Source: Escherichia coli (lineage in GTDB: Bacteria; Pseudomonadota; Gammaproteobacteria; Enterobacterales; Enterobacteriaceae). Taken from it: a DNA stretch of 64,000 nt. The notes beneath the pieces are model-generated. The model was not told the origin of the DNA and did not search any database. It saw only the letters and a program-made list of their open reading frames with translations. Positions 21,246-37,190 of the stretch are shown here, piece by piece; within the stretch, counting starts at the first letter, position 1; every line of letters starts with the position of its first letter. The stretch is taken from assembly GCF_003334335.1 (NCBI RefSeq), contig NZ_QOWQ01000007.1. The stretch is one strand, 5' to 3'. Position numbers and translations under genes: made by a program.

Positions 21246-21441
21246 TGTTATAGGTTTATCTACGCTTATATGTGTGCGTAGGTTTGATTACACGTAGATG
21301 CCGGTATACAGAATTGAAGAACGGTATTTGTTGCATTAATGAAATTCAGCACTACACACATTCGTGCAACTTGAGATAACATCTCAATCATATTCAAGTC
21401 GCGCATACATCGCGGTGACCACCCCCTGACAGGAGTAAACA

Positions 21442-22848
21442 ATGTCAAAGCAACAGATCGGCGTCGTCGGTATGGCAGTGATGGGGCGCAACCTTGCGCT
21501 CAACATCGAAAGCCGTGGTTATACCGTCTCTATTTTCAACCGTTCCCGTGAAAAGACGGAAGAAGTGATTGCCGAAAATCCAGGCAAGAAACTGGTTCCT
21601 TACTATACGGTGAAAGAGTTTGTTGAATCTCTGGAAACGCCTCGTCGCATCCTGTTAATGGTGAAAGCAGGTGCAGGCACGGATGCTGCTATTGATTCCC
21701 TCAAACCATATCTCGATAAAGGCGACATCATCATTGATGGTGGTAACACCTTCTTCCAGGACACCATCCGTCGTAATCGTGAGCTTTCTGCAGAAGGCTT
21801 TAACTTCATCGGTACCGGTGTCTCCGGCGGTGAAGAAGGTGCGCTGAAAGGTCCTTCCATTATGCCTGGTGGGCAGAAAGAAGCCTATGAGCTGGTTGCT
21901 CCGATCCTGACCAAAATCGCCGCAGTGGCTGAAGACGGTGAGCCATGCGTTACCTATATTGGTGCTGATGGTGCAGGTCACTATGTGAAGATGGTTCACA
22001 ACGGTATTGAATACGGTGATATGCAGCTGATTGCTGAAGCCTATTCTCTGCTTAAAGGTGGCCTGAACCTCACCAACGAAGAACTGGCGCAGACGTTTAC
22101 CGAGTGGAATAACGGTGAACTAAGCAGCTACCTGATCGACATCACCAAAGATATCTTCACCAAAAAAGATGAAGACGGTAACTACCTGGTTGATGTGATT
22201 CTGGATGAAGCAGCAAACAAAGGTACTGGCAAATGGACCAGCCAGAGTGCGCTGGATCTCGGTGAACCGCTGTCGCTTATTACCGAGTCTGTGTTTGCAC
22301 GTTATATCTCTTCTCTGAAAGAGCAGCGTGTTGCCGCATCTAAAGTTCTCTCTGGCCCGCAAGCACAGCCAGCAGGCGACAAGGCTGAGTTCATCGAAAA
22401 AGTTCGCCGTGCGCTGTATCTGGGCAAAATCGTTTCTTACGCTCAGGGCTTCTCTCAGCTACGCGCCGCGTCTGAAGAGTACAACTGGGATCTGAACTAC
22501 GGTGAAATCGCGAAGATTTTCCGTGCTGGCTGCATCATCCGTGCACAGTTCCTGCAGAAAATCACCGATGCATATGCCGAAAATCCGCAGATCGCTAACC
22601 TGCTGCTGGCTCCGTACTTCAAGGAAATTGCCGATGACTACCAGCAGGCGCTGCGCGATGTCGTCGCTTATGCAGTACAGAACGGTATCCCGGTTCCGAC
22701 CTTCGCCGCTGCGGTTGCCTATTACGATAGCTACCGTGCCGCTGTTCTGCCTGCGAACCTGATCCAGGCACAGCGTGACTATTTCGGTGCGCATACTTAT
22801 AAGCGCATTGATAAAGAAGGTGTGTTCCATACTGAATGGCTGGATTAA
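21442..22848 (+). CDS. gnd: 6-phosphogluconate dehydrogenase, decarboxylating
   Basis: 468 aa; [27 protein letters not shown]...; canonical right flank of the O-antigen cluster. Confidence 0.97.
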   Translation: MSKQQIGVVGMAVMGRNLALNIESRGYTVSIFNRSREKTEEVIAENPGKKLVPYYTVKEFVESLETPRRILLMVKAGAGTDAAIDSLKPYLDKGDIIIDGGNTFFQDTIRRNRELSAEGFNFIGTGVSGGEEGALKGPSIMPGGQKEAYELVAPILTKIAAVAEDGEPCVTYIGADGAGHYVKMVHNGIEYGDMQLIAEAYSLLKGGLNLTNEELAQTFTEWNNGELSSYLIDITKDIFTKKDEDGNYLVDVILDEAANKGTGKWTSQSALDLGEPLSLITESVFARYISSLKEQRVAASKVLSGPQAQPAGDKAEFIEKVRRALYLGKIVSYAQGFSQLRAASEEYNWDLNYGEIAKIFRAGCIIRAQFLQKITDAYAENPQIANLLLAPYFKEIADDYQQALRDVVAYAVQNGIPVPTFAAAVAYYDSYRAAVLPANLIQAQRDYFGAHTYKRIDKEGVFHTEWLD

Positions 22849-22877
22849 TCTGATTTAAATCAATTAATCAATGCAAG

Positions 22878-22906
22878 GCCCGGAGAAACCCTCCGGGCTT
22901 TTTTAT
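22878..22906 (+). terminator. Rho-independent terminator after gnd
   Basis: gcccggag-aaac-ctccgggc hairpin followed by a T8 run. Confidence 0.75.
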
Positions 22907-23104
22907 TATACAAAGCGGCAGGTTATGGCCTTTTTTTATAATTTATGGTTAAAAAAGCGATATAATACAGAGCCGCACAGCAGGATCGCTGTCTTGACAG
23001 TTCAACCGCATCAGCGTTAAAAATCCCGCAGTACGCAGTAGATGAAGTTGTGGTGGTGGACTAATGACCACTCTAAATGTTTTAACCGGAAGAAGTCAGA
23101 GCTA

Positions 23105-24271
23105 ATGAAAATAACAATTTCAGGAACAGGTTATGTTGGTCTTTCAAATGGTATTCTGATTGCGCAAAACCACGAAGTGGTTGCACTGGATATCGTTCAG
23201 GCCAAAGTTGACATGCTTAACAAGAAGCAGTCACCGATTGTTGATAAGGAGATTGAAGAGTATCTGGCGACTAAAGATCTCAATTTCCGCGCTACGACAG
23301 ATAAGTATGACGCGTATAAAAATGCCGATTACGTTATTATTGCCACACCTACCGATTATGATCCGAAAACAAATTATTTTAATACCTCAAGCGTGGAAGC
23401 GGTCATTCGCGATGTGACAGAAATTAATCCCAACGCGGTAATGGTGATTAAATCTACAATTCCGGTAGGTTTCACCAAATCAATTAAAGAACGTCTGGGT
23501 ATCGATAACCTTATTTTCTCTCCGGAATTTCTCCGTGAAGGTAAAGCCCTTTACGATAATCTCCATCCTTCACGTATTGTCATTGGTGAGCGTTCAGAAC
23601 GCGCAGAACGTTTCGCTGCGTTATTACAGGAAGGAGCGATTAAGCAAAATATCCCGACCCTGTTTACCGACTCCACTGAAGCAGAAGCGATTAAACTTTT
23701 TGCAAACACCTACCTGGCGATGCGCGTGGCGTACTTTAACGAACTGGATAGCTACGCAGAAAGTTTAGGTCTGAATTCCCGTCAAATAATCGAAGGCGTT
23801 TGTCTCGACCCACGAATTGGCAACCATTACAACAATCCGTCGTTTGGTTATGGTGGTTATTGTCTGCCGAAAGATACCAAGCAGTTACTGGCGAACTACC
23901 AGTCTGTGCCGAATAACCTGATTTCGGCAATTGTCGATGCTAACCGCACACGTAAAGACTTTATTGCCGATGCCATTTTGTCACGCAAACCGCAAGTGGT
24001 GGGTATTTATCGTCTGATTATGAAGAGCGGGTCAGATAACTTCCGTGCGTCTTCCATTCAGGGGATTATGAAACGTATCAAGGCGAAAGGCGTTGAAGTG
24101 ATCATCTACGAACCGGTGATGAAAGAAGATTCATTCTTCAACTCTCGCCTGGAACGTGATCTCGCCACCTTCAAACAACAAGCCGACGTCATTATCTCCA
24201 ACCGTATGGCAGAAGAGCTTAGGGATGTGGCAGATAAGGTATACACCCGCGATCTTTTTGGCAGCGACTAA
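23105..24271 (+). CDS. ugd: UDP-glucose 6-dehydrogenase
   Basis: [29 protein letters not shown]...; ATG at 23105 gives 388 aa. Confidence 0.95.
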   Translation: MKITISGTGYVGLSNGILIAQNHEVVALDIVQAKVDMLNKKQSPIVDKEIEEYLATKDLNFRATTDKYDAYKNADYVIIATPTDYDPKTNYFNTSSVEAVIRDVTEINPNAVMVIKSTIPVGFTKSIKERLGIDNLIFSPEFLREGKALYDNLHPSRIVIGERSERAERFAALLQEGAIKQNIPTLFTDSTEAEAIKLFANTYLAMRVAYFNELDSYAESLGLNSRQIIEGVCLDPRIGNHYNNPSFGYGGYCLPKDTKQLLANYQSVPNNLISAIVDANRTRKDFIADAILSRKPQVVGIYRLIMKSGSDNFRASSIQGIMKRIKAKGVEVIIYEPVMKEDSFFNSRLERDLATFKQQADVIISNRMAEELRDVADKVYTRDLFGSD

Positions 24272-24414
24272 CATCCTGTTATCAGGGCGATTTTCGCCCT
24301 GATTCTCTTATGTTCCCTTTGTAATAATTCATTATTTTTATCATTTATCCTATAGCATTCATGGCGATTATCGCTAAACTATGGCGACTTAAAATTATTT
24401 CGTCCGTTAGGGTA

Positions 24415-25395
24415 ATGATGAGAGTAGAAAATAATAATGTTTCTGGGCAAAACCATGACCCGGAACAGATTGATTTGATTGATTTACTGGTGCAGTTGTG
24501 GCGTGGCAAGATGACAATTATCATCTCTGTCATTGTTGCTATTGCCCTGGCTATAGGGTATCTGGCCGTTGCCAAAGAAAAGTGGACTTCCACAGCTATC
24601 GTTACTCAACCTGATGTGGGGCAAATCGCTGGTTATACCAACGCGATGAATGTGATTTACGGATCGGCTGTACCGAAAGTCTCCGACATTCAGGCTTCAC
24701 TTATCGGACGTTACAGCACTGCATTTTCAGCATTAGCGGAAACGCTGGATAACCAGGAAGAAGCAGAGAAGCTCACCATTGAGCCTACCGTCAAAAATCA
24801 GTCATTACCTTTAGCGGTGTCTTATGTTGGTGAAACACCTGAAGGTGCGCAGAAACAGCTGGCGAAGTATATCCAGCAAGTTGACGACCAGGTAAATGAA
24901 GAACTGGAAAAAGACCTGAAAGACAACATCGCGCTGCGTATGAAAAACTTGCAGGATTCTCTGAAAACTCAGGAAGTAGTTGCGCAGGAGCAGAAAGATC
25001 TGCGTATCCGTCAGATTCAGGAAGCGTTGCAGTATGCGAATCAGGCGCAGGTGACAAAGCCGCAGATTCAGCAGACACAGGACGTAACCCAAGATACTAT
25101 GTTCCTTTTGGGGAGCGAAGCGCTGGAGTCGATGATTAAGCACGAGGCGACTCGTCCGTTGGTGTTCTCATCAAACTACTATCAGACTCGTCAAAACCTG
25201 CTGGATATCGACAATCTTGACGTTGATAAACTTGATATTCATGCTTACCGCTATGTAATGAAACCGACGTTACCTATTCGTCGCGATAGCCCGAAAAAGG
25301 CAATTACCTTGATTCTGGCGGTGCTGCTGGGCGGCATGGTTGGCGCGGGGATTGTGTTGGGGCGTAACGCTCTGCGTAATTACAACGCGAAGTAA
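24415..25395 (+). CDS. wzzB: O-antigen chain-length determinant (Wzz/Cld)
   Basis: MMRVENNNVSGQNHDPEQIDLIDLLVQLWRGK..., two TM segments flanking a coiled-coil-rich periplasmic region; ~326 aa. Confidence 0.92.
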   Translation: MMRVENNNVSGQNHDPEQIDLIDLLVQLWRGKMTIIISVIVAIALAIGYLAVAKEKWTSTAIVTQPDVGQIAGYTNAMNVIYGSAVPKVSDIQASLIGRYSTAFSALAETLDNQEEAEKLTIEPTVKNQSLPLAVSYVGETPEGAQKQLAKYIQQVDDQVNEELEKDLKDNIALRMKNLQDSLKTQEVVAQEQKDLRIRQIQEALQYANQAQVTKPQIQQTQDVTQDTMFLLGSEALESMIKHEATRPLVFSSNYYQTRQNLLDIDNLDVDKLDIHAYRYVMKPTLPIRRDSPKKAITLILAVLLGGMVGAGIVLGRNALRNYNAK

Positions 25396-25417
25396 TCTTT
25401 TCGGTTTTAAAGAAAAT

Positions 25418-25449
25418 GGGCAGGGTGGTGACACCTTGCCCGTTTTTTT
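25418..25449. terminator. Bidirectional terminator between convergent wzzB and hisI
   Basis: gggcagggtggtgacaccttgccc hairpin with a T-run on the plus strand and T-rich sequence on the minus strand. Confidence 0.65.
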
Positions 25450-25490
25450 GCCGGATGCGACAACAAAATCGCATCCGCTTACCCCGCAAC

Positions 25491-26095
25491 TCACTGATGC
25501 CGTTTGCGCAGGTTCTCAATCACCGTCGTTAAATCCAGATCCTGATCCTGCAACAGCACCAGCAGGTGATACATCAAGTCAGATGCCTCGTTGGTCAGCT
25601 CAAAGCGGTCATGTACCGTTGCTGCCAGTGCGGTTTCCACCCCTTCTTCACCCACTTTCTGCGCAATGCGTTTGGTGCCGCTGGCATACAGTTTGGCGGT
25701 GTAGGAGGTTTCCGGGTCGGCTGATTTGCGTTCGGCGAGCAGTTGTTCCAGTTGATACAGAAACAGCCACTGGTGAGCAGTTTCGCCGAAGCAGCTGCTG
25801 GTGCCTTTATGGCAGGTTGGTCCGATAGGATTCGCCAGTACCAGTAGCGTGTCGTTGTCGCAGTCCGGCGCAATATTTACTACGTTGAGGAAATTGCCCG
25901 ACGTTTCGCCTTTGGTCCACAGTCGCTGTTTAGTGCGCGAGAAGAAAGTGACTTTGCCGCTTTCGATGGTTTTGTCTAAGGCTTCCGGGTTCATATAGCC
26001 CAGCATTAACACTTCGCCGGATACCGCGTGTTGCACAATCACCGGCATAAGTCCGTCGGTTTTTTCCCAGTCCAGTTCGCGGCGTTGTTGTTCTG

Positions 26096-26102
<7 letters not shown>
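25491..26102 (-). CDS. hisI: Bifunctional phosphoribosyl-AMP cyclohydrolase / phosphoribosyl-ATP pyrophosphatase
   Basis: 203 aa; last gene of the his operon. Confidence 0.96.
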
Positions 26103-28180
<2,078 letters not shown>

Positions 28181-28181
<1 letters not shown>

Positions 28182-29247
28182 TACAGCACTCCTTTCGACG
28201 AGGGCAGGGTGTCGCCTTCCACGCGGATGGCCTGGCGCAGGGTGCGACCAAAGGCTTTAAAGAGACTCTCAACACGGTGGTGATCGTTTTTACCTTTGGT
28301 TTTCAGGTGTAGCGTCACGCCCATGGTGTATGAGAGCGAACGGAAGAAGTGCTCGATCATTTCGGTGCTGAGATCGCCCACGCGCTGGTAGGTAAACTCG
28401 GCTTTATATTCCAGGTGCGGGCGACCAGAGATATCCAGCGCGCAGCGGGCAAGGCATTCGTCCATCGGCAGTACAAAACCAAAGCGGCAAATACCGCGTT
28501 TGTCGCCAAGAGCAATTTTTAATGCTTCGCCCAGCGCCAGGCCGGTATCTTCGACAGTGTGGTGATCGTCGATATAGAGGTCGCCTTTGACGTTGATTTC
28601 CATGCGGAAACCGCCGTGGGTGGCGATCTGATCCAGCATATGATCAAAGAAGCCAACGCCGGTGTTAATCTTGCTGCCACCTTCGCGATCCAGCCATACC
28701 TGGACGTCAATTTGCGTCTCTTTGGTGTTGCGCACTACATGGGCGTAACGGTCTCGTTTAGTGAGTTGCTCGCCAATCATCGGCCAGTTCAGGATTTCGC
28801 GGTCGTAGCGTAAACCATTAATGCCCATGTTTTCCGCCAGTTGAATGTCGGTCGCGCGATCGCCAATCACATAACTGTTAGCGCGATCCATCGCTTGCTC
28901 AGCCAGATAACGTTCCACCAGTTTTACTTTCGGCTTACGGCAGTCGCACTCATCGGCGGGCAGGTGCGGACAAATCAGCACTTCATCAAACTGTACGCCT
29001 TGCGAGGTGAAGATCTGCATCATCAGGTTGTGCGGGCCATCGAAATCCGCCTGTGGGAAACTTTGTGTTCCCAGACCATCCTGATTAGTGATCATCACCA
29101 GCTTGTAGCCCGCTTTTTGCAGCTTCAGCAGTTCCGGGATCACGCCCGGTTCAAAGGCGAGTTTATCAAAACGGTCCACCTGAAAATCACTCGGCGGTTC
29201 GCTAATCAGGGTTCCATCGCGATCGATAAAAAGATACTTCTGACTCA

Positions 29248-29248
<1 letters not shown>
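28181..29248 (-). CDS. hisB: Bifunctional histidinol-phosphatase / imidazoleglycerol-phosphate dehydratase
   Basis: [19 protein letters not shown]... 355 aa. Confidence 0.96.
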
Positions 29249-31619
<2,371 letters not shown>

Positions 31620-31624
31620 GGCGA

Positions 31625-32524
31625 TCACTCCATCATCTTCTCAATCGGCAGGACCAGAATCGAACTGGCACCCAGCGCTTTCAGTTTTTCCATCGTTTCC
31701 CAGAACAGGGTTTCGCTACTGACCATGTGCATCGCTACGCGTTGTTGGTCACCCGCCAGCGGCAGAATGGTTGGGCGTTCGGCACCTGGCAGCAGGGCGA
31801 TGACTTCATCCAGACGTTCGGTCGGTGCGTGCATCATGATGTATTTTGATTCGCGCGCCTGGATCACACCCTGAATACGGGTCAGCAGTTTGTCGATCAG
31901 TTGCTGTTTGGATTCTTCCATTTCGCCATCGCGCTGGATCAGGCAGGCTTTCGAGCGGTAGATAACTTCGACTTCGCGCAGGCCGTTTGCTTCCAGCGTG
32001 GCACCGGTGGAAACCAGATCGCAAATCGCATCCGCCAGTCCGGCGCGCGGGGCGACTTCAACAGAACCGTTCAGTAAGCAGGATTTAAAAGAGATGCCTT
32101 TCTGGTCGAGATATCGCTTGAGCAGGTGAGGATAAGAGGTGGCGATACGTTTACCGTTTAAGGAGAGCGGGCCGTCCCAGGCTTCATCAACCGGCGTTGC
32201 CAGCGAAAGGCGACAACCGCCGAAATCCAGACGACGCAGGGTAAAGTAGCGTGGATCCTCACCCTGGGCGCGGCGGTTAAGCAGCTCTTCTTCCAGCACG
32301 TTTTCGCCGATAATCCCAAGGTCTACTACGCCATCCATTACCAGACCGGGAATGTCGTCGTCACGTACGCGTAGAATATCAATCGGCATGTTTTCTGCCA
32401 TCGCGATCAGGCGCTGGGTGTGAAGATTGATTTTAATACCACAGCGCGCCAGTAATTCGCGTGAGTCATCACTTAAACGGCCGGATTTCTGCATAGCTAT
32501 GCGTAAACGAGAGTTGTCTGTCAT
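31625..32524 (-). CDS. hisG: ATP phosphoribosyltransferase
   Basis: [20 protein letters not shown]... 299 aa from the internal Met of the ORF. Confidence 0.96.
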   Translation of the reverse strand: MTDNSRLRIAMQKSGRLSDDSRELLARCGIKINLHTQRLIAMAENMPIDILRVRDDDIPGLVMDGVVDLGIIGENVLEEELLNRRAQGEDPRYFTLRRLDFGGCRLSLATPVDEAWDGPLSLNGKRIATSYPHLLKRYLDQKGISFKSCLLNGSVEVAPRAGLADAICDLVSTGATLEANGLREVEVIYRSKACLIQRDGEMEESKQQLIDKLLTRIQGVIQARESKYIMMHAPTERLDEVIALLPGAERPTILPLAGDQQRVAMHMVSSETLFWETMEKLKALGASSILVLPIEKMME

Positions 32525-32571
32525 TTTGTTATTCCTCTTTAAACCTGTCTGAACCGTTATCAACCGCGCAA

Positions 32572-32610
32572 TAAAAAAGCCCCCGGAAGGTGATCTTCCG
32601 GGGGCTTTCT
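32572..32610 (-). terminator. his attenuator (leader terminator hairpin)
   Basis: On the minus strand gcccccggaag...cttccgggggc hairpin followed by a U-run, between hisL and hisG. Confidence 0.85.
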
Positions 32611-32669
32611 CATGCGTTCATGCACCACTGGAAGATCTGAATGTCTTCCAGCACACATCGCCTGAAAGA

Positions 32670-32720
32670 CTAGTCAGGATGATGGTGATGATGGTGGTGT
32701 TTAAATTGAACGCGTGTCAT
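32670..32720 (-). CDS. hisL: his operon leader peptide (MTRVQFKHHHHHHHPD)
   Basis: Reverse complement of 32670-32720 reads ATG ACA CGC GTT CAA TTT AAA CAC CAC CAT CAT CAC CAT CAT CCT GAC TAG; seven consecutive His codons. Confidence 0.95.
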   Translation of the reverse strand: MTRVQFKHHHHHHHPD

Positions 32721-32969
32721 AAAAGTCTCTGTGAATGTTTATTCAACTGATGTCTTTTAACCTAAACCACTTTCACGTTAGAAAGCAAGGGCTTTTTTAT
32801 ATATTTTATGGCGATGGATTTGTTTAATGAATGAGCGGGGAAAGGAGGGGGCTAAGAGGACTGTCCTCTAAGCTGACGGCACCAAAAATAGCGAAGCCTG
32901 GATTTTCGTCTCACTGACAATACCTTGATCTACAAACTAATTAATAAATAGTTAATTAACGCCCATCAT

Positions 32970-32987
32970 TGTACAATGAACTGTACA
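32970..32987 (+). promoter_or_regulatory. yefM-yoeB operator (TGTACA repeats) overlapping the promoter
   Basis: ttgtacaatgaactgtacaa immediately upstream of the yefM RBS (gaggag) and ATG at 33003. Confidence 0.6.
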
Positions 32988-33002
32988 AAAGAGGAGATTG
33001 AC

Positions 33003-33254
33003 ATGCGTACAATTAGCTACAGCGAAGCGCGTCAGAATTTGTCGGCAACAATGATGAAAGCCGTTGAAGATCATGCCCCGATCCTTATTACTCGTCAGAA
33101 TGGAGAGGCTTGTGTTCTGATGTCACTCGAAGAATACAACTCGCTGGAAGAGACGGCTTATCTACTGCGTTCCCCCGCTAACGCCCGGAGATTGATGGAC
33201 TCAATCGATAGCCTGAAATCAGGCAAAGGAACAGAAAAGGACATTATTGAGTGA
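33003..33254 (+). CDS. yefM: Antitoxin YefM (Phd/YefM family)
   Basis: [70 protein letters not shown]...; 83 aa. Confidence 0.95.
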
Positions 33255-33505
33255 AACTAATCTGGTCTGAGGAATCATGGGATGATTATCTGTACTGGCA
33301 GGAAACAGATAAGCGAATTGTTAAAAAGATCAATGAACTTATCAAAGATACCCGCAGAACGCCATTTGAAGGTAAGGGGAAGCCAGAACCCCTGAAACAT
33401 AATTTGTCAGGTTTCTGGTCCCGACGCATTACAGAGGAGCACCGTCTGGTATACGCGGTTACCGACGATTCACTGCTCATTGCAGCATGTCGTTATCATT
33501 ATTGA
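33251..33505 (+). CDS. yoeB: Toxin YoeB (ribosome-dependent mRNA interferase)
   Basis: [70 protein letters not shown]...; 4-nt overlap with yefM. Confidence 0.95.
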
Positions 33506-33587
33506 ACAGATTCATTCATAGAATGAATTGTCAGTTTTGATACGCTAGCGTAGCCTTATAGATCTAAGGTGTATCAGGAGATAACGG

Positions 33588-34412
33588 ATGAAAAAGGTCG
33601 CAATTGTCGGGTTAGGGTGGTTAGGCATGCCGCTGGCGATGTCACTTTCAGCGCGAGGCTGGCAAGTCACCGGGAGTAAAACCACACAAGATGGTGTCGA
33701 AGCGGCCCGAATGAGTGGCATTGATAGCTATCTGCTTCGCATGGAGCCTGAGTTAGTTTGCGATTCTGACGATCTGGATGCCCTGATGGATGTCGATGCG
33801 CTGGTCATTACGCTTCCGGCACGTCGTAGCGGCCCCGGCGATGAGTTCTATTTACAAGCGGTACAAGAGTTAGTGGATAGCGCGCTGGCCCATCGTATTC
33901 CCCGCATTATTTTTACCAGCTCAACATCTGTCTATGGCGACGCGCAAGGCACGGTGAAAGAAACTACCCCGCGTAATCCGGTAACCAACAGTGGACGAGT
34001 ATTAGAAGAACTCGAAGACTGGCTGCACAATTTACCCGGTACTTCGGTCGATATTCTGCGTCTTGCGGGGCTGGTCGGACCGGGACGTCATCCCGGACGC
34101 TTCTTTGCCGGAAAAACCGCGCCTGATGGTGAACATGGTGTTAATTTAGTCCATTTAGAAGATGTTATTGGCGCTATCACTCTGTTGTTACAGGCACCTA
34201 AAGGCGGACACATCTATAATATATGTGCGCCAGCTCACCCTGCGCGTAATGTTTTCTATCCGCAGATGGCCCGTTTACTGGGGCTGGAGCCTCCGCAGTT
34301 CAGAAATAGTCTGGACAGCGGCAAAGGTAAGATTATTGATGGCAGTCGGATTTGTAATGAACTGGGATTTGAATACCAGTATCCCGATCCGCTGGTAATG
34401 CCGCTGGAGTAA
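33588..34412 (+). CDS. yeeZ: NAD(P)-binding Rossmann-fold protein (epimerase/dehydratase-like)
   Basis: 274 aa; MKKVAIVGLGWLGMPLAMSL... nucleotide-binding N-terminus; synteny. Confidence 0.88.
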   Translation: MKKVAIVGLGWLGMPLAMSLSARGWQVTGSKTTQDGVEAARMSGIDSYLLRMEPELVCDSDDLDALMDVDALVITLPARRSGPGDEFYLQAVQELVDSALAHRIPRIIFTSSTSVYGDAQGTVKETTPRNPVTNSGRVLEELEDWLHNLPGTSVDILRLAGLVGPGRHPGRFFAGKTAPDGEHGVNLVHLEDVIGAITLLLQAPKGGHIYNICAPAHPARNVFYPQMARLLGLEPPQFRNSLDSGKGKIIDGSRICNELGFEYQYPDPLVMPLE

Positions 34413-34457
34413 ACGATCACGCCAGCAGGACGCCGCATGCACTGCAAGGGGGCGTGT

Positions 34458-35387
34458 ATGAAACCACTGCTGGATGTGTTGATGATCCTCGATGCCTTAG
34501 AAAAAGAAGGCAGTTTTGCGGCGGCGTCGGCCAAACTCTATAAGACGCCGTCCGCTCTGAGTTACACCGTTCACAAGCTGGAAAGCGACCTTAATATTCA
34601 ATTGCTTGATCGTAGCGGTCACCGCGCTAAATTCACCCGTACCGGAAAAATGTTATTAGAGAAAGGGCGGGAAGTTCTGCATACCGTGCGAGAACTGGAA
34701 AAGCAGGCGATCAAACTGCATGAAGGCTGGGAAAACGAGCTGGTGATTGGCGTGGACGACACGTTTCCTTTTTCTCTGCTTGCGCCACTGATTGAAGCTT
34801 TTTATCAACATCATAGCGTGACGCGCCTGAAGTTTATCAATGGCGTACTCGGTGGTTCCTGGGATGCCCTGACTCAGGGGCGAGCGGATATTATTGTTGG
34901 CGCGATGCATGAGCCACCATCTTCCAGTGAGTTTGGTTTTTCACGGTTGGGCGATCTGGAACAAGTCTTTGCGGTCGCGCCTCATCATCCGTTAGCCCTG
35001 GAAGAAGAGCCGTTAAATCGTCGTATTATTAAGCGATATCGGGCGATTGTGGTGGGGGATACTGCGCAGGCAGGCGCTTCTACGGCCTCACAACTTCTCG
35101 ACGAACAAGAAGCCATTACCGTTTTCGATTTTAAAACCAAGCTGGAGCTGCAAATTAGCGGCCTCGGCTGCGGCTATTTACCCCGTTATCTGGCGCAACG
35201 TTTTCTCGATAGTGGCGCGTTAATCGAGAAGAAAGTGGTCGCCCAAACTCTCTTTGAACCCGTCTGGATTGGCTGGAATGAACAGACCGCAGGGCTTGCC
35301 AGCGGCTGGTGGCGGGATGAAATTTTAGCAAATAGTGCGATCGCCGGTGTTTATGCAAAATCTGATGACGGAAAATCAGCCATTTAA
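34458..35387 (+). CDS. yeeY: LysR-family transcriptional regulator
   Basis: N-terminal HTH (LDALEKEGSFAAASAKLYKTPSALSYTVHKLE); ~309 aa from the internal ATG. Confidence 0.88.
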   Translation: MKPLLDVLMILDALEKEGSFAAASAKLYKTPSALSYTVHKLESDLNIQLLDRSGHRAKFTRTGKMLLEKGREVLHTVRELEKQAIKLHEGWENELVIGVDDTFPFSLLAPLIEAFYQHHSVTRLKFINGVLGGSWDALTQGRADIIVGAMHEPPSSSEFGFSRLGDLEQVFAVAPHHPLALEEEPLNRRIIKRYRAIVVGDTAQAGASTASQLLDEQEAITVFDFKTKLELQISGLGCGYLPRYLAQRFLDSGALIEKKVVAQTLFEPVWIGWNEQTAGLASGWWRDEILANSAIAGVYAKSDDGKSAI

Positions 35388-35653
35388 AGAAAAATTATTA
35401 TGACAAGCCTCTCATTCTCTTGTCATTTCCCCCCCATTTAGGCACAATGCGCCGCTGTCAAAAAATGACTAAAAACCGACGTTTCATCAGCGTCGGTTAT
35501 TTTTTGCTTCAAACCAATCATTCATACCAAGAGGCCGGGCTTCGTACCGGATAGATATTTACTAAAAATCGACAGTTGTTGTCGCTGAGGAATCCAAAAA
35601 AATGGGGCAATTTTTTGCTTACGCGACGGTTATCACCGTAAAGGAGAATGACC

Positions 35654-37012
35654 ATGTCGCATAACGTTACTCCAAACACCTCTCGCGTGGAATTGCGTAA
35701 AACGCTTACGTTAGTTCCGGTTGTAATGATGGGTCTTGCCTATATGCAGCCGATGACGCTGTTTGATACTTTTGGTATCGTTTCAGGCCTCACGGATGGT
35801 CATGTGCCGACAGCCTATGCGTTCGCATTGATTGCGATCCTGTTTACGGCTCTGAGCTACGGGAAGCTGGTTCGCCGCTATCCTTCTGCTGGCTCTGCAT
35901 ATACTTACGCCCAGAAATCCATTAGCCCGACTGTCGGCTTTATGGTGGGTTGGTCTTCTCTGCTCGACTATCTGTTCGCGCCGATGATCAACATTCTGCT
36001 GGCGAAAATCTATTTTGAAGCTCTGGTGCCTTCCATCCCATCGTGGATGTTTGTGGTGGCGCTGGTGGCCTTTATGACCGCCTTTAACCTGCGTAGTCTG
36101 AAATCCGTAGCGAACTTCAACACTGTAATCGTCGTGTTGCAGGTAGTGCTGATTGCGGTGATTCTGGGCATGGTTGTTTATGGCGTATTTGAAGGTGAAG
36201 GCGCTGGTACGCTGGCGAGCACTCGTCCGTTCTGGTCTGGCGATGCGCATGTTATCCCGATGATTACCGGGGCGACAATCCTGTGCTTCTCCTTTACCGG
36301 CTTTGACGGCATCAGCAACCTGTCGGAAGAAACCAAAGATGCAGAGCGCGTGATCCCGCGTGCGATTTTCCTGACCGCGCTGATTGGCGGCATGATCTTC
36401 ATCTTTGCAACTTACTTCCTGCAGCTGTACTTCCCGGATATCTCTCGCTTTAAAGATCCGGATGCGTCACAGCCTGAAATCATGCTGTATGTTGCGGGTA
36501 AAGCGTTCCAGGTTGGCGCGCTGATCTTCTCCACCATTACCGTACTGGCGTCCGGTATGGCGGCGCACGCAGGCGTAGCGCGTCTGATGTACGTAATGGG
36601 TCGTGACGGCGTATTCCCGAAAAGCTTCTTCGGTTATGTACACCCGAAATGGCGTACTCCGGCAATGAACATCATCCTGGTTGGCGCGATTGCCTTGCTG
36701 GCAATCAACTTCGACCTGGTAATGGCTACGGCGCTGATCAACTTTGGTGCGTTGGTGGCGTTCACCTTCGTTAACCTGTCGGTCATCTCGCAGTTCTGGA
36801 TCCGTGAGAAGCGTAACAAGACGCTGAAAGATCACTTCCAGTATCTGTTCCTGCCGATGTGTGGTGCGCTGACCGTTGGTGCGCTGTGGGTTAACCTGGA
36901 AGAAAGCTCAATGGTTCTGGGTCTGATCTGGGCGGCTATCGGTCTGATTTACCTGGCTTGTGTCACCAAGAGCTTCCGTAACCCGGTTCCGCAGTACGAA
37001 GACGTAGCATAA
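35654..37012 (+). CDS. plaP: Putrescine importer (APC family amino acid/polyamine permease)
   Basis: 452 aa, 12-TM APC-type permease; synteny with yeeF/plaP. Confidence 0.9.
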   Translation: MSHNVTPNTSRVELRKTLTLVPVVMMGLAYMQPMTLFDTFGIVSGLTDGHVPTAYAFALIAILFTALSYGKLVRRYPSAGSAYTYAQKSISPTVGFMVGWSSLLDYLFAPMINILLAKIYFEALVPSIPSWMFVVALVAFMTAFNLRSLKSVANFNTVIVVLQVVLIAVILGMVVYGVFEGEGAGTLASTRPFWSGDAHVIPMITGATILCFSFTGFDGISNLSEETKDAERVIPRAIFLTALIGGMIFIFATYFLQLYFPDISRFKDPDASQPEIMLYVAGKAFQVGALIFSTITVLASGMAAHAGVARLMYVMGRDGVFPKSFFGYVHPKWRTPAMNIILVGAIALLAINFDLVMATALINFGALVAFTFVNLSVISQFWIREKRNKTLKDHFQYLFLPMCGALTVGALWVNLEESSMVLGLIWAAIGLIYLACVTKSFRNPVPQYEDVA

Positions 37013-37032
37013 TCATCTTTTCTAATAATAAA

Positions 37033-37067
37033 CCGGAGTCGAATGAATATTTGGCTCCGGTTTTTTT
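37033..37067 (+). terminator. Rho-independent terminator after plaP
   Basis: ccggag...ctccgg hairpin followed by a T7 run. Confidence 0.7.
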
Positions 37068-37190
37068 ATTCTTTGTTATCGAAATCCTCATTAATAACCA
37101 TTTGTTCTAATTTAGAGAATTTGGTTATTGGTCTGCATTCCACCAGTCATGAATAATTTCCCTATTAACATTCATCTGGTTAATTAATTT

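Noticed and set aside
32976-33002. Upstream in-frame ATG for yefM (MNCTKEEID...)
   Set aside because: It lies inside the TGTACA operator/promoter; the conserved antitoxin starts at [13 protein letters not shown] (33003), which has a proper RBS.
35783-36835. Minus-strand ORFs within plaP (35783..36250-, 36467..36835-)
   Set aside because: Antisense to a 12-TM permease gene; charged low-complexity translations typical of spurious frames.
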